Assembly (NCBI GenBank): GCA_938049325.1
Contig: CALICC010000096.1
Location: 1-47,997, forward strand
Origin: an uncultured Ilumatobacter sp.
GTDB lineage: Bacteria > Actinomycetota > Acidimicrobiia > Acidimicrobiales > Ilumatobacteraceae
Reading direction: 5' to 3'
Length of the DNA stretch: 47,997 nucleotides
The first letter of the stretch is position 1, and each line of letters begins with the position of its first letter. A program made the position numbers and the translations under genes. The notes beneath the pieces are model-generated. The model had not been told where the DNA came from, did not search any database, and was given only the letters and a program-made list of their open reading frames with translations. Positions 18,082-27,168 of this stretch are shown piece after piece.

Positions 18082-18864
18082 TCATGGAATTGCCGCGTCA
18101 AGATGTGTGATGGTCGCCGTGTCGGTCGACGACGGTGACGGCAACGAGTGGAGCCAGCGCACATCCGATTCCGGGTGGTAGCTGCACCAGCGGCCGGTCT
18201 TCACACTGCGTTCGAGGTGCGCCGCCAATGGTCGGTCAATGTCGTACAAACGTCGAATCGCAGCGCGAATCCGCGCGGTCACCGTGGAACGAGCCCGTTC
18301 AATCGAATCACACTGCGGACGCGAACGACCGCTGATCCCATACGCGTGCGACAGTTGGTCGACGAGTTCGTCGATCTCGCAGTGGCTCTGTTCGAGCCGG
18401 CCCAGGTCGTGGTGTTGATCGGCCTCGACTGCGATGGCTTGGAGCTCAATGATCCGCTCCTCGAGCGAACGGCGCATCTGTGTGTCCATTGTTGGGCCGA
18501 CGTCGGGTTCGAGGGTGATCGCGGCGAGGTCGGCCACCGATGTGTCGCGGCGAGGTGTGGCAATCAACGTCGCGATGTCGATCACACCCTTGGAGTCAGC
18601 CACGATCGATGTTGTCCCGTCGATTCCAACCTCCCAGTGGTCTCCGACGCGTCGCCAGACGCCGCGACGGGGTGAAGGAGACGACCGAGCGTGTGCGCAT
18701 CGATCGGACAGCCTCGCCGCTGCCTTCGCGAGTCCGTCGTAGTCAGTGTCGGAAACATGCGCGACCGGAGAACGGACGATCAGTTCGAGCGCGTCGGCGA
18801 GTTCTTCGACAGCGCGGGCAACGCGCGTGATGTCGGGCAGGGTCTGCAATGTGCTCGAGGTCAT
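18082..18864 (-). CDS. Hypothetical protein; stand-alone copy of a domain usually seen C-terminal in large AAA-ATPase/TPR regulators
   Basis: WRRVGDHWEV, DSKG...IATL, ERARSTVTARIRAAIRRL, HLERSVKTGRWCSYHP. ATGA overlap with the DUF4242 gene. Confidence 0.65.
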   Translation of the reverse strand: MTSSTLQTLPDITRVARAVEELADALELIVRSPVAHVSDTDYDGLAKAAARLSDRCAHARSSPSPRRGVWRRVGDHWEVGIDGTTSIVADSKGVIDIATLIATPRRDTSVADLAAITLEPDVGPTMDTQMRRSLEERIIELQAIAVEADQHHDLGRLEQSHCEIDELVDQLSHAYGISGRSRPQCDSIERARSTVTARIRAAIRRLYDIDRPLAAHLERSVKTGRWCSYHPESDVRWLHSLPSPSSTDTATITHLDAAIP

Positions 18865-19166
18865 TGGGGACGTACCTCTTCACCGTCTTCGACGGGTGAG
18901 TAGAACGCGGGGTCGAGAACATTGACCTCGGTGATGCTGTCGATCGGAAGACCGCTCAGCGAGGCGGCCTGGCGCAGCGCGCCACGGTCCGGGCTGTCGT
19001 AGAGGCAGTACGTTCGCCTGCGATCTGCGGTGACATAGCTCGTGATCCAGTGGACACCCGACTGGGCGTTGTTCTCACCGACGGCGGTGACGGTTGCCCG
19101 TCCTGCGTCGGAAATCGGGAGTTCGAATCCGTCCGGAAACACTCGTTCGACGATGTATTTGGGCAT
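18861..19166 (-). CDS. DUF4242 (SCO4226-like) protein
   Basis: MPKYIVER, VHWITSYV, RTYCLYDSPD, GLPIDSITEV. GAGG RBS. Confidence 0.85.
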   Translation of the reverse strand: MPKYIVERVFPDGFELPISDAGRATVTAVGENNAQSGVHWITSYVTADRRRTYCLYDSPDRGALRQAASLSGLPIDSITEVNVLDPAFYSPVEDGEEVRPQ

Positions 19167-19190
19167 GTGGATGACCTCGGTTCTTTGTGT

Positions 19191-19272
19191 TGTCGTGCTG
19201 ATGAGCCGGTTGTGTTGCTCATCATCGACAGTACGTACGGGCCCGTCCACGCGTATCGGGGGGTCACCCTGA
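19191..19272 (-). promoter_or_regulatory. Putative activator site and promoter of the DUF4242 operon
   Basis: On the minus strand, imperfect palindrome TCAGGG-N5-CCCCGA (19272-19256) spans the LuxR stop codon; TACTGT -10-like hexamer at 19233-19228; inverted repeat TGATGAGC/GCTCATCA (19199-19224). Confidence 0.4.
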
Positions 19273-21879
19273 GTTTTGAGATTCAGCCAAATCGTTGAAC
19301 TGCCGGAACGCTCTCGTCGCCTCACGCCTGGTTCGAACGCCAAGCTTGCCGAAGACTGCGGATAGATGATGTTCGACTGTCTTGGCACTGATGAACAGAC
19401 GCGATGCGATTTCGGCGTTGGTGTGCCCCGCTGCCGTGAGCTCGAGCACCTGCTGTTGTCGGTTCGTCAATCCCGCAGGGTGTTCGCGGCTCGCTCGACG
19501 AGGACCACGAGGGATCTTCGTGACGCCACGTGCGCGCAAGCGATGGCGCAGCCAGGTCGCTGCGGGCCGAGCGCCGAGGTGATCGAGGCGATCGAGAGCA
19601 TGGAGCTGCGCCTCGGGAGGGCCATCGGCTCGAGCAAGCGCTGCTTCGTACGGATTGCCGATCGAATCAAACTCTTCGGCCGCGCGTTGCCAGTCACCCT
19701 CGATGTGTGCGCGGAACGGTGCGGGCATCGTCTCGCTCGCATCCACTGCGCCGCCGAGTCTCCACAGCCACCACCCGAGCTCACCAATCGCCCACTGGCT
19801 GTCAGTCAGCAACGCCTCCTCGAACGCTGGCGCCAAGATCTCGCGCCCACGCTGCTGACTGCCGGTGAGCCATTCGTGTTCGGCCTGAGCACAAATCAAC
19901 GTCCAGCGATACTGAAGGTCCGCTCCAGCGCCGATCTCGAGGAGATCGCTGACGATGCGATATCCGTCGGCGTCGCCACGTCGGATGCCAAGACGCCCCA
20001 TGGTCCCGCCGATCGTGAGGTCAGCCATGCTTGAACCATTCGGGCGCTCGACCCGCCCAAGAACGGTTTCGGCCAGGTCCCACCGCCCCTGTTCGAAGTG
20101 CACCCGCGCCAGCCAGCCCATGGCGTAGCGGGTGTACAGGTCGGCATCGCGCGACTCGCTGAACTCGATGCTGCGAGTCAGCCAACCGACCGCATCGTCA
20201 TACTTGCGAACCTCGCCACAACCCGTGCCCAGGTTCAGCAGCGCGACCGAAATCGCTGACGCGTTGTTGGTCCTCTCGCCGAGCTCCAAGGATTCTCGCA
20301 GCAGTTTGATGCCTCGGTCTGCATCACCGCCAAGCCCAAGCTCGATGCACCCGGAACAGTTGAGCATCTGCGCAGTGGTGTCGTCGTCCAACAGTTCGAA
20401 CGCGCGCACGCGTTCGATGTAGCGGGTCGCCTCAGCGCGTTGCCGAGCAAGCATCGACAGTTGGGCTCGCCGCACGAGTGCACTGGCGACTGCGTTCGGG
20501 TTGCCGAGGGATTCCGCAATCGCAATGACGCGATCAGCGAGTGAGTGAGCCTCATCAACCCGACTGACCGCCGTGCGGTGACGGGCAACGACCTGCAGCG
20601 CTTCGTGTACGAGCGATCGGTCAGTCGAGTTTTCTGCGAGACCAAGCAGCTCGTCCGCTGCGTCCGCCGCCGCCGCGCTGTCGGCAAGATTGCTCCCGAC
20701 GAGTGCGGCCAGGTAGGAACCGAGCACGTTGATCAGCACGGGTTCCTCCAGCGAGCGGCGATGGGCCAACACGGATTGGAGGTACGCGATCGTCTCGTGG
20801 TGAGCGAGTTGTCGGGCCGCGGCAGCAGCAGCGGGAGGGCAATACCGGACGATGGCCTCAGCATCTCCGCAGCGCTGGGCGTGATGGGCAAGCCGGTATT
20901 CATCGGCTTCAGCGCTGTCGCTGAGTAGCGACAGCATCGATCGATGCATCTCGCGCCGGTGCGGCACCGTCAACGACATCTCGACGGCGCGACGCGCCAA
21001 CTCGTGACGGAAGCTGACGCCCTCGTCGTGCGCGATGAGGGTTCCCGACGCGAGCGCATCGTCGACCGCTGTCGCCGACGCAGCAGCGACCTGCTGTGCG
21101 GCGCCGAACGCCATCGCCCTCGGAGCGATGGAGACCGCCTCGACCAATCCTCGGACCTCCGAAGTCAACCTGGCGACTCGAGCCATCACCGCACCCTGGA
21201 CCGAGGCGGGAACCTCGTCACCGTCGTTCGCGAGGATCTCGGTGACGAAGAAGGGATTGCCACCCGTCACTGCATGGATCTCCTCTGCACGACCGTCGTC
21301 GCAGAGCAAGCGAACCGCTTCGACGCTGAGCGGTGCCAAGTCGACGCGCTCGAAGCACGACGAACTGGCGATGTCTCCCAGCAACACACCAACTGGATGG
21401 AGTGGGTCGATCTCATCGGTTCGCAGAGAAACGAGCAGCAGCGTGTTCGTCTGATCGATTCTGCGTGTCAAGAAACGAAGCAGGTCGAGCGAAGCCCCGT
21501 CGGCCCAATGCAGGTCCTCGATGATCCACACGGTCGGGTCGTGGGCGCGGAGAGCGTCGAGCGTCGACTGGAAGACTGCGGCGCGATCCCGTCCCGCGAG
21601 ATCAGAGCTCGCCAGCCCAAGGCTGGACGCAATCTCGTGGAGCGGAGCGAGAGCAGCCGGCGTGGTGAGTGGGTCGAAGGCACTCGAGAGCAGCTGGGTT
21701 CCGGCAGGCAGCTCTGCCCCGAAGCGCCGGATCAGCGATGACTTTCCAACGCCGGCCTCGCCACCAACAGCAACCAGGCGGCCGGCGTCGCGGCGAGCAT
21801 GGTCGGAGATCGCTCGAAGTCGCTCGAGATCGTGCGCACGTTCGAGGAGCCCTTCACCGTTTGGTCTCAGCGGGGCCAT
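19264..21879 (-). CDS. Large ATP-binding (STAND, AAA_16) LuxR-family transcriptional regulator
   Basis: Walker A GEAGVGKS, Walker B IIEDLHWAD, GGNPFF, TPR-like middle region, HTH GLTNRQQQVLEL...ISAKTVEHH. Start uncertain (21879-21924). Confidence 0.92.
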   Translation of the reverse strand: MAPLRPNGEGLLERAHDLERLRAISDHARRDAGRLVAVGGEAGVGKSSLIRRFGAELPAGTQLLSSAFDPLTTPAALAPLHEIASSLGLASSDLAGRDRAAVFQSTLDALRAHDPTVWIIEDLHWADGASLDLLRFLTRRIDQTNTLLLVSLRTDEIDPLHPVGVLLGDIASSSCFERVDLAPLSVEAVRLLCDDGRAEEIHAVTGGNPFFVTEILANDGDEVPASVQGAVMARVARLTSEVRGLVEAVSIAPRAMAFGAAQQVAAASATAVDDALASGTLIAHDEGVSFRHELARRAVEMSLTVPHRREMHRSMLSLLSDSAEADEYRLAHHAQRCGDAEAIVRYCPPAAAAAARQLAHHETIAYLQSVLAHRRSLEEPVLINVLGSYLAALVGSNLADSAAAADAADELLGLAENSTDRSLVHEALQVVARHRTAVSRVDEAHSLADRVIAIAESLGNPNAVASALVRRAQLSMLARQRAEATRYIERVRAFELLDDDTTAQMLNCSGCIELGLGGDADRGIKLLRESLELGERTNNASAISVALLNLGTGCGEVRKYDDAVGWLTRSIEFSESRDADLYTRYAMGWLARVHFEQGRWDLAETVLGRVERPNGSSMADLTIGGTMGRLGIRRGDADGYRIVSDLLEIGAGADLQYRWTLICAQAEHEWLTGSQQRGREILAPAFEEALLTDSQWAIGELGWWLWRLGGAVDASETMPAPFRAHIEGDWQRAAEEFDSIGNPYEAALARADGPPEAQLHALDRLDHLGARPAATWLRHRLRARGVTKIPRGPRRASREHPAGLTNRQQQVLELTAAGHTNAEIASRLFISAKTVEHHLSAVFGKLGVRTRREATRAFRQFNDLAESQNSG

Positions 21880-22009
21880 CACCGTCTTGGTACGGCTCGA
21901 CTCGATAACGACCGCATGCCTCAAACGTAGTTGGCGCCCGTGATGGCCTGACGCGCGGCACCCGTCGAAGCACCGTCCCGCTGGGTTTCCGACACCGACC
22001 GGACGCAGG

Positions 22010-22717
22010 TCAGGTCGGATAGGCGTCGTGTCGGTGCAGCCAGGCCATCGTGAAATCGAGCCCGTCTTCGTCGCGACCCTTCGGCGTGAGGTCGAGCATG
22101 TGGTAGGTGCCGTTCAACATGTCGAGGCCGCGAGCAAAGGTCTGATAGCTCAGATACACGCGACCGTCGCGCTCGTTGAACACGCTGATGCCGGGCATCT
22201 CGTCACCGAACGCGGGCATCGTGCCGTGGTTGTACCGCGCGGCGCCCGACTCCATGTCCTCGGCAGAAAAGCTGACGCCCATGTCGAAGTTGAAGCTGCT
22301 GCCCGCTGACGAGTACCACGGGAACGTCCACCCCATCCGAGTCTTGTACGACTCGATCTCGGCCAACGGCGCTCGAGACACCGCGGCGAACGCCGTGTCT
22401 CGAGCGGCCAGGTGGACCGCTGTTCCGTCGTAGTTGTCCGCCCAGAACGAACACGATGGACAGCCCTCGTCCCAGCCCGGGCCGAGCATGAAGTGGTACA
22501 TCAACAGCTGGCTACGACCTTCGAACATGTCGACGAGTTCTCGGGGACCCGTGTCGGTCTCGAAGGTGTATCGGGCGTCGACCTCCACCCACGGCAACGT
22601 GCGCCGCTGTGCGCTGAGTTCGTCGCGTTGGCGCGTGAAGGCCTTTTCGGCTTCGAGGTGATCGAGGCGAGCCGTGAGCCACGCTTCTCGATCGACGATG
22701 TTGGGTGTGTCTTGCAT
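22010..22717 (-). CDS. DUF899 family thioredoxin-like protein
   Basis: FEGRSQLLMYHFM, GCPSCSF, RMGWTFPWYSS, LDLTPKGRDE. ATG 22717 has a GGAGG RBS (alternative GTG 22735). Confidence 0.9.
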   Translation of the reverse strand: MQDTPNIVDREAWLTARLDHLEAEKAFTRQRDELSAQRRTLPWVEVDARYTFETDTGPRELVDMFEGRSQLLMYHFMLGPGWDEGCPSCSFWADNYDGTAVHLAARDTAFAAVSRAPLAEIESYKTRMGWTFPWYSSAGSSFNFDMGVSFSAEDMESGAARYNHGTMPAFGDEMPGISVFNERDGRVYLSYQTFARGLDMLNGTYHMLDLTPKGRDEDGLDFTMAWLHRHDAYPT

Positions 22718-22731
22718 CGACTCGTCCTCCA

Positions 22732-23052
22732 TCACATGTTGACTTCGAAGGTCTCCGCCACTTCGACCGTGCCGCCTCCGAGCGTGACCACCGGACAGCC
22801 TGCGGCAATCGTGCAGGCGGCGTCGATGTCGTCGGCCTCGATGATTCCGTAGCCGGTCACCGGATTCGGTCCTGCACCGTCGGTCACGCCGTCCGAGCCG
22901 ACCGTCTTGGCGACTGACGTCGGAGCACCCATGTCGACGAATGCGGCACTGTTCGATCCCATCCAGTCACCCCAGGCCGCCATGTGCTTCGCCTGCTCCT
23001 CTTCTGAATCGGGCATGCCGCCGCCGTGGTAGGCAAACAGAAACTTGGTCAT
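22732..23052 (-). CDS. YciI/DGPF-like protein
   Basis: MTKFLFAYHGG, WGDWM, VTGYGIIEADDIDAA...CP, VEV. AGGGAG RBS. Confidence 0.8.
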   Translation of the reverse strand: MTKFLFAYHGGGMPDSEEEQAKHMAAWGDWMGSNSAAFVDMGAPTSVAKTVGSDGVTDGAGPNPVTGYGIIEADDIDAACTIAAGCPVVTLGGGTVEVAETFEVNM

Positions 23053-23064
23053 GACGTTCTCCCT

Positions 23065-23103
23065 TTGGGTTGTGAGGCTTGGGTTGTGAGGCTTGGGTTG
23101 TGA
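23065..23103. repeat. 14-bp tandem repeat TTGGGTTGTGAGGC x2.8
   Basis: Two perfect copies plus an 11-bp partial copy, directly upstream of the yciI-like RBS. Confidence 0.85.
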
Positions 23104-23144
23104 ATCCGCGTCGCGAATTCGTGCTCGTTTCTCGCAGCTGAAGT

Positions 23145-23176
23145 GTAAGCACACGCGAACGTAAGCGTCAACTAAC
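23145..23176. promoter_or_regulatory. Putative ArsR operator pair (GTAAGC-N7-AAC, twice in tandem)
   Basis: GTAAGCACACGCGAAC followed by GTAAGCGTCAACTAAC in the divergent intergenic region; the second is an imperfect palindrome (GTAAG-N6-CTAAC). Confidence 0.4.
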
Positions 23177-23224
23177 GAATGGGGTATGCTCGTCTCGAAT
23201 CACCTCACTCTGATCGGAGAACGA

Positions 23225-23560
23225 ATGGATGCAGCAGCTCGAGCCGTTGCCGAACCGACCCGCCGCGAAATCCTCTCGTTGGTGCGCGACCGCGAGCGCA
23301 GCGTCACCGACATCGCCGACCATTTCGACGTCACCCGCCCGGCCATCAGCCAGCACCTTCGAGTGCTCACCGACGCAGACCTGGTGCACGTGAGGAACGA
23401 AGGGACGCGGCGGTTCTACCGAGCTCGACCCGAGGGGCTCGTCGAACTGCGCGACTGGATGGCAGGGTTTTGGACCAACGCCCTGCACACACTCGCGGTC
23501 GAGGTCGAGCGCGACGAATGGAACCGCAAGAAGACGAGCAGAGAGCAACCCAAGCCGTGA
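23225..23560 (+). CDS. ArsR/SmtB family transcriptional regulator
   Basis: AVAEPTRREILSLV, TRPAISQHLRVL, GTRRFY. Confidence 0.92.
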   Translation: MDAAARAVAEPTRREILSLVRDRERSVTDIADHFDVTRPAISQHLRVLTDADLVHVRNEGTRRFYRARPEGLVELRDWMAGFWTNALHTLAVEVERDEWNRKKTSREQPKP

Positions 23561-23997
23561 CCAGCATTCCCACGCCGACCGATAACGACCTGGTGCTGAC
23601 GCAGCGAATTGCAGCACCCGCCGACACGATCTTCGACTTCCTCATCGACCCCGACAAAATGGTGCGTTGGATGGGCGTCGAGGCACGACTCGACCCGAAC
23701 CCTGGTGGCGAGTTCTGGGTGGACGTGAACGGCACCAACGTCGCGAGGGGCACCTACGTGGAAGTCGACCGACCGAACAGAGTGGTGTTCACGTGGGGAT
23801 GGGAAGACACCACCGACGTCCCACCGGGGTCGAGCACCGTGACCATCACGCTGACTCCCGACGACGACCACACTGTCGTCGAGCTCCGCCACGCGGGTCT
23901 GCCCGGCGGCCCCGAAGACCGGCACAAAGACGGCTGGGGCCACTTCTTCCCGCGCCTCGCCACGGCGTCAGCCGGAGGCGACTCAGACACCACCTGA
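23557..23997 (+). CDS. SRPBCC/AHSA1 domain protein
   Basis: IAAPADTIFDFL, RVVFTWGWE, STVTITL, GWGHFF. GTGA overlap with ArsR. Confidence 0.9.
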   Translation: MTSIPTPTDNDLVLTQRIAAPADTIFDFLIDPDKMVRWMGVEARLDPNPGGEFWVDVNGTNVARGTYVEVDRPNRVVFTWGWEDTTDVPPGSSTVTITLTPDDDHTVVELRHAGLPGGPEDRHKDGWGHFFPRLATASAGGDSDTT

Positions 23998-24012
23998 GCG
24001 CGCATCGCTCAT

Positions 24013-24091
24013 TGGGTAGCGGCGGTGCCGGAACCAAAAGGACCCAGCAGCTCCACTGGGTAGCGGCGGTGCCGGAACCAAAAGGACCCAG
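24013..24091. repeat. 35-bp perfect direct repeat x2 with terminal inverted ends (REP-like)
   Basis: TGGGTAGCGGCGGTGCCGGAACCAAAAGGACCCAG at 24013-24047 and 24057-24091, 9-bp spacer, between convergent genes. Confidence 0.9.
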
Positions 24092-24094
24092 GGA

Positions 24095-25174
<1,080 letters not shown>

Positions 25175-25219
25175 GACGCTGCTCCAGTTGGTGTGTGGTG
25201 ACGGTGAGATTCGCTTCGA

Positions 25220-26089
25220 TCACTTGATCGCTCCCATGGCGAGGCCGCGGATCATTCGCTTCTGAGCGACCCAGCCGGCGATGACGACGGGGAACGTCGC
25301 GAGGACCGATGCGGCGCTGAGTCCCGCAAGGAACTGGCCTTGGAATTTCTGCTGTGAGTTGACCCACACCGGCATCGTGGACGCACCGGCCGGATTCAAC
25401 TGCACGGCGAGGAAGAACTCGTTCCACGCGAAGATCACGCAGAGCAGTGCGGTCGCTGCCAATCCGGGCGCCACGATCGGCAGGATCACCTGACGGATCT
25501 GGCCCATCAAACTGCAGCCGTCGATCTGTGCTGCTTCGATCAGTTCCTTGGGTACCTCGGCGAAGAACGATCGCAACATCCACACGGCGAGGGGCAGGTT
25601 CATCGCCGTGTAGAGGACGACCAGTACCGTCCGCGTCCCCAGCAGGTCGAGGTCGCGAGCGATGATCCAGATCGGCATGATCGCACCCACGATCGGCAAG
25701 AACTTCGTGGAGATGAAGAAGAACAGCACGTCACGCCACTTGCGCATCGGGCGAATGGCGAGGGCGTACGCGGCCGGGATGGCCAGCGCCATCACCAAAG
25801 TGGTCGAAATCAGCACGATCCAGAACGAGTTGCCGAATGCCTCGGTGAAGCTCAGCAGACCCTGGTTGTCTTCGGTGACCTCGGAGAATCGGTCGAGCGT
25901 CGGTTCGAAGAACAGCTTCGGACTCGCGTTGGCGTCGGCTTCGTCCTTGAAGCCGTTCAGCACCAACCAGAACAGCGGAAAGAAGAACAACAGACCGATG
26001 ATCCAGGTCAGGAGCGCGAGCAGATGAGCGACGACACGGTTCTGACCGAGGATCGGTTCCGCTTTGGGGGCACGGGTCAGCAGTGCCAT
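25220..26089 (-). CDS. Carbohydrate ABC transporter permease (SmoG/MtlG-like)
   Basis: EAAQIDG EAA loop, WNEF, LFFFISTKFLP. TGATG coupling to the upstream permease. Confidence 0.93.
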   Translation of the reverse strand: MALLTRAPKAEPILGQNRVVAHLLALLTWIIGLLFFFPLFWLVLNGFKDEADANASPKLFFEPTLDRFSEVTEDNQGLLSFTEAFGNSFWIVLISTTLVMALAIPAAYALAIRPMRKWRDVLFFFISTKFLPIVGAIMPIWIIARDLDLLGTRTVLVVLYTAMNLPLAVWMLRSFFAEVPKELIEAAQIDGCSLMGQIRQVILPIVAPGLAATALLCVIFAWNEFFLAVQLNPAGASTMPVWVNSQQKFQGQFLAGLSAASVLATFPVVIAGWVAQKRMIRGLAMGAIK

Positions 26090-27030
26090 CAGGAATCGTC
26101 CTCCAGCAGGTTGGACAACACACGCAAACCGATGTTGGCGATGATGATCGAGGCGATGACGACGATGATCGAGTACGACGACGCCAGCCCGAATCTGTTA
26201 CCGCCACCGATCGACCGCTGGGCGATGTAGAAGGGCAGGTTCTTGGCGCCCGGTTGACCGCCGACGATGACTTCGATGTGGTCGTAGACCTGGATGAGGT
26301 AGATGGCGCCGAGCAACGTGCCGAGTTCGAGGAACGGGCGAAGCTGCGGGAACGTGATCTGGCGGAAGATGCCGAACGACGTGGCGCCGTCGACCCGCGC
26401 CGCTTCGAGCACCGACTGGTCTTGGCCTTGCAGGCCGGCGAGCACGATCAACATCATGAACGGGCTCCACTGCCACACGAGCACGACCACGACCGAGGCA
26501 AGCGGATATCGGGTGGCGAACTCGATGGATTCGAACCCGAAGAGGTTGATGAACCAGTTGATGACGCCGAAGGTGGAGTTGAACATCTGCGTCTTCCACA
26601 TGAAGCCGGCGACGACCGGCATGACGAGGAACGGCGTGATGAGCAGCGTGCGAACGAAGCCCTGACCGAAGAACTTTCGGTCGAGCAAGACGGCGAGCAA
26701 CGTGCCGACGATCAACGAGAACAAGACCGCCATCACGGTCATTTGCACGCTGACCCAGGCGGCGTCTCGGAAGAACTTGTCGTCGGGCAGGGCGCCGTAG
26801 TTCTCCAAGCCGACGAACTCGCGTGGGTCGGGCGTGTCAAGACGCCAGTTGGTCAGGCTGTAGAAGAGCGTGAAGAGGAATGGGATCTGAGTCACCAAGA
26901 TGGTGAAGATCAGTGCAGGAAGAATCGGAAGGCGACGCTTCCATCCTTCGCGGCGCTCCAGACGTTTGACTTCGTCGGCGCGCGATGTGGCGCTCGATGT
27001 GTCGGTGCGGTCGGTAACAGCGGTCGACAT
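26089..27030 (-). CDS. Carbohydrate ABC transporter permease (SmoF/MtlF-like)
   Basis: FVGLENY, VRTLLITPFLVMPV, WQWSPFMMLI, EAARVDG. Confidence 0.93.
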   Translation of the reverse strand: MSTAVTDRTDTSSATSRADEVKRLERREGWKRRLPILPALIFTILVTQIPFLFTLFYSLTNWRLDTPDPREFVGLENYGALPDDKFFRDAAWVSVQMTVMAVLFSLIVGTLLAVLLDRKFFGQGFVRTLLITPFLVMPVVAGFMWKTQMFNSTFGVINWFINLFGFESIEFATRYPLASVVVVLVWQWSPFMMLIVLAGLQGQDQSVLEAARVDGATSFGIFRQITFPQLRPFLELGTLLGAIYLIQVYDHIEVIVGGQPGAKNLPFYIAQRSIGGGNRFGLASSYSIIVVIASIIIANIGLRVLSNLLEDDS

Positions 27031-27074
27031 GACGCTCCCTCTCCTCGAGATGCCCGGGCTGTGTGCAGAAACAG

Positions 27075-27105
27075 CCCGGCCGGGCGTACAAGACGCCCGG
27101 CCGGG
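27075..27105. terminator. GC-rich hairpin between the binding-protein and permease genes (attenuator or mRNA stabiliser)
   Basis: Perfect 13-bp stem CCCGGCCGGGCGT/ACGCCCGGCCGGG with 5-nt loop; followed on the minus strand by CTGTTTCT. Confidence 0.7.
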
Positions 27106-27130
27106 TCAGTGTTCAGTATTCGTTATTCGC

Positions 27131-27152
27131 GGCTCGGTACTCGTACCGAGCC
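27131..27152. other. Second inverted repeat downstream of the binding-protein gene
   Basis: GGCTCGGTAC-TC-GTACCGAGCC, 10-bp arms. Confidence 0.65.
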
Positions 27153-27168
27153 ATGGGTGATCCGAAGA

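Noticed and set aside
18066-21960. Direct-repeat-bounded genomic island around the LuxR module (CTGACGC..GCGCGG near both ends)
   Set aside because: The match is short, gapped and GC-rich, so chance is likely; no integrase or tRNA nearby.
24013-24091. 35-bp repeat as a mini CRISPR array
   Set aside because: Only two units, a 9-bp spacer, no AT-rich leader and no cas genes.
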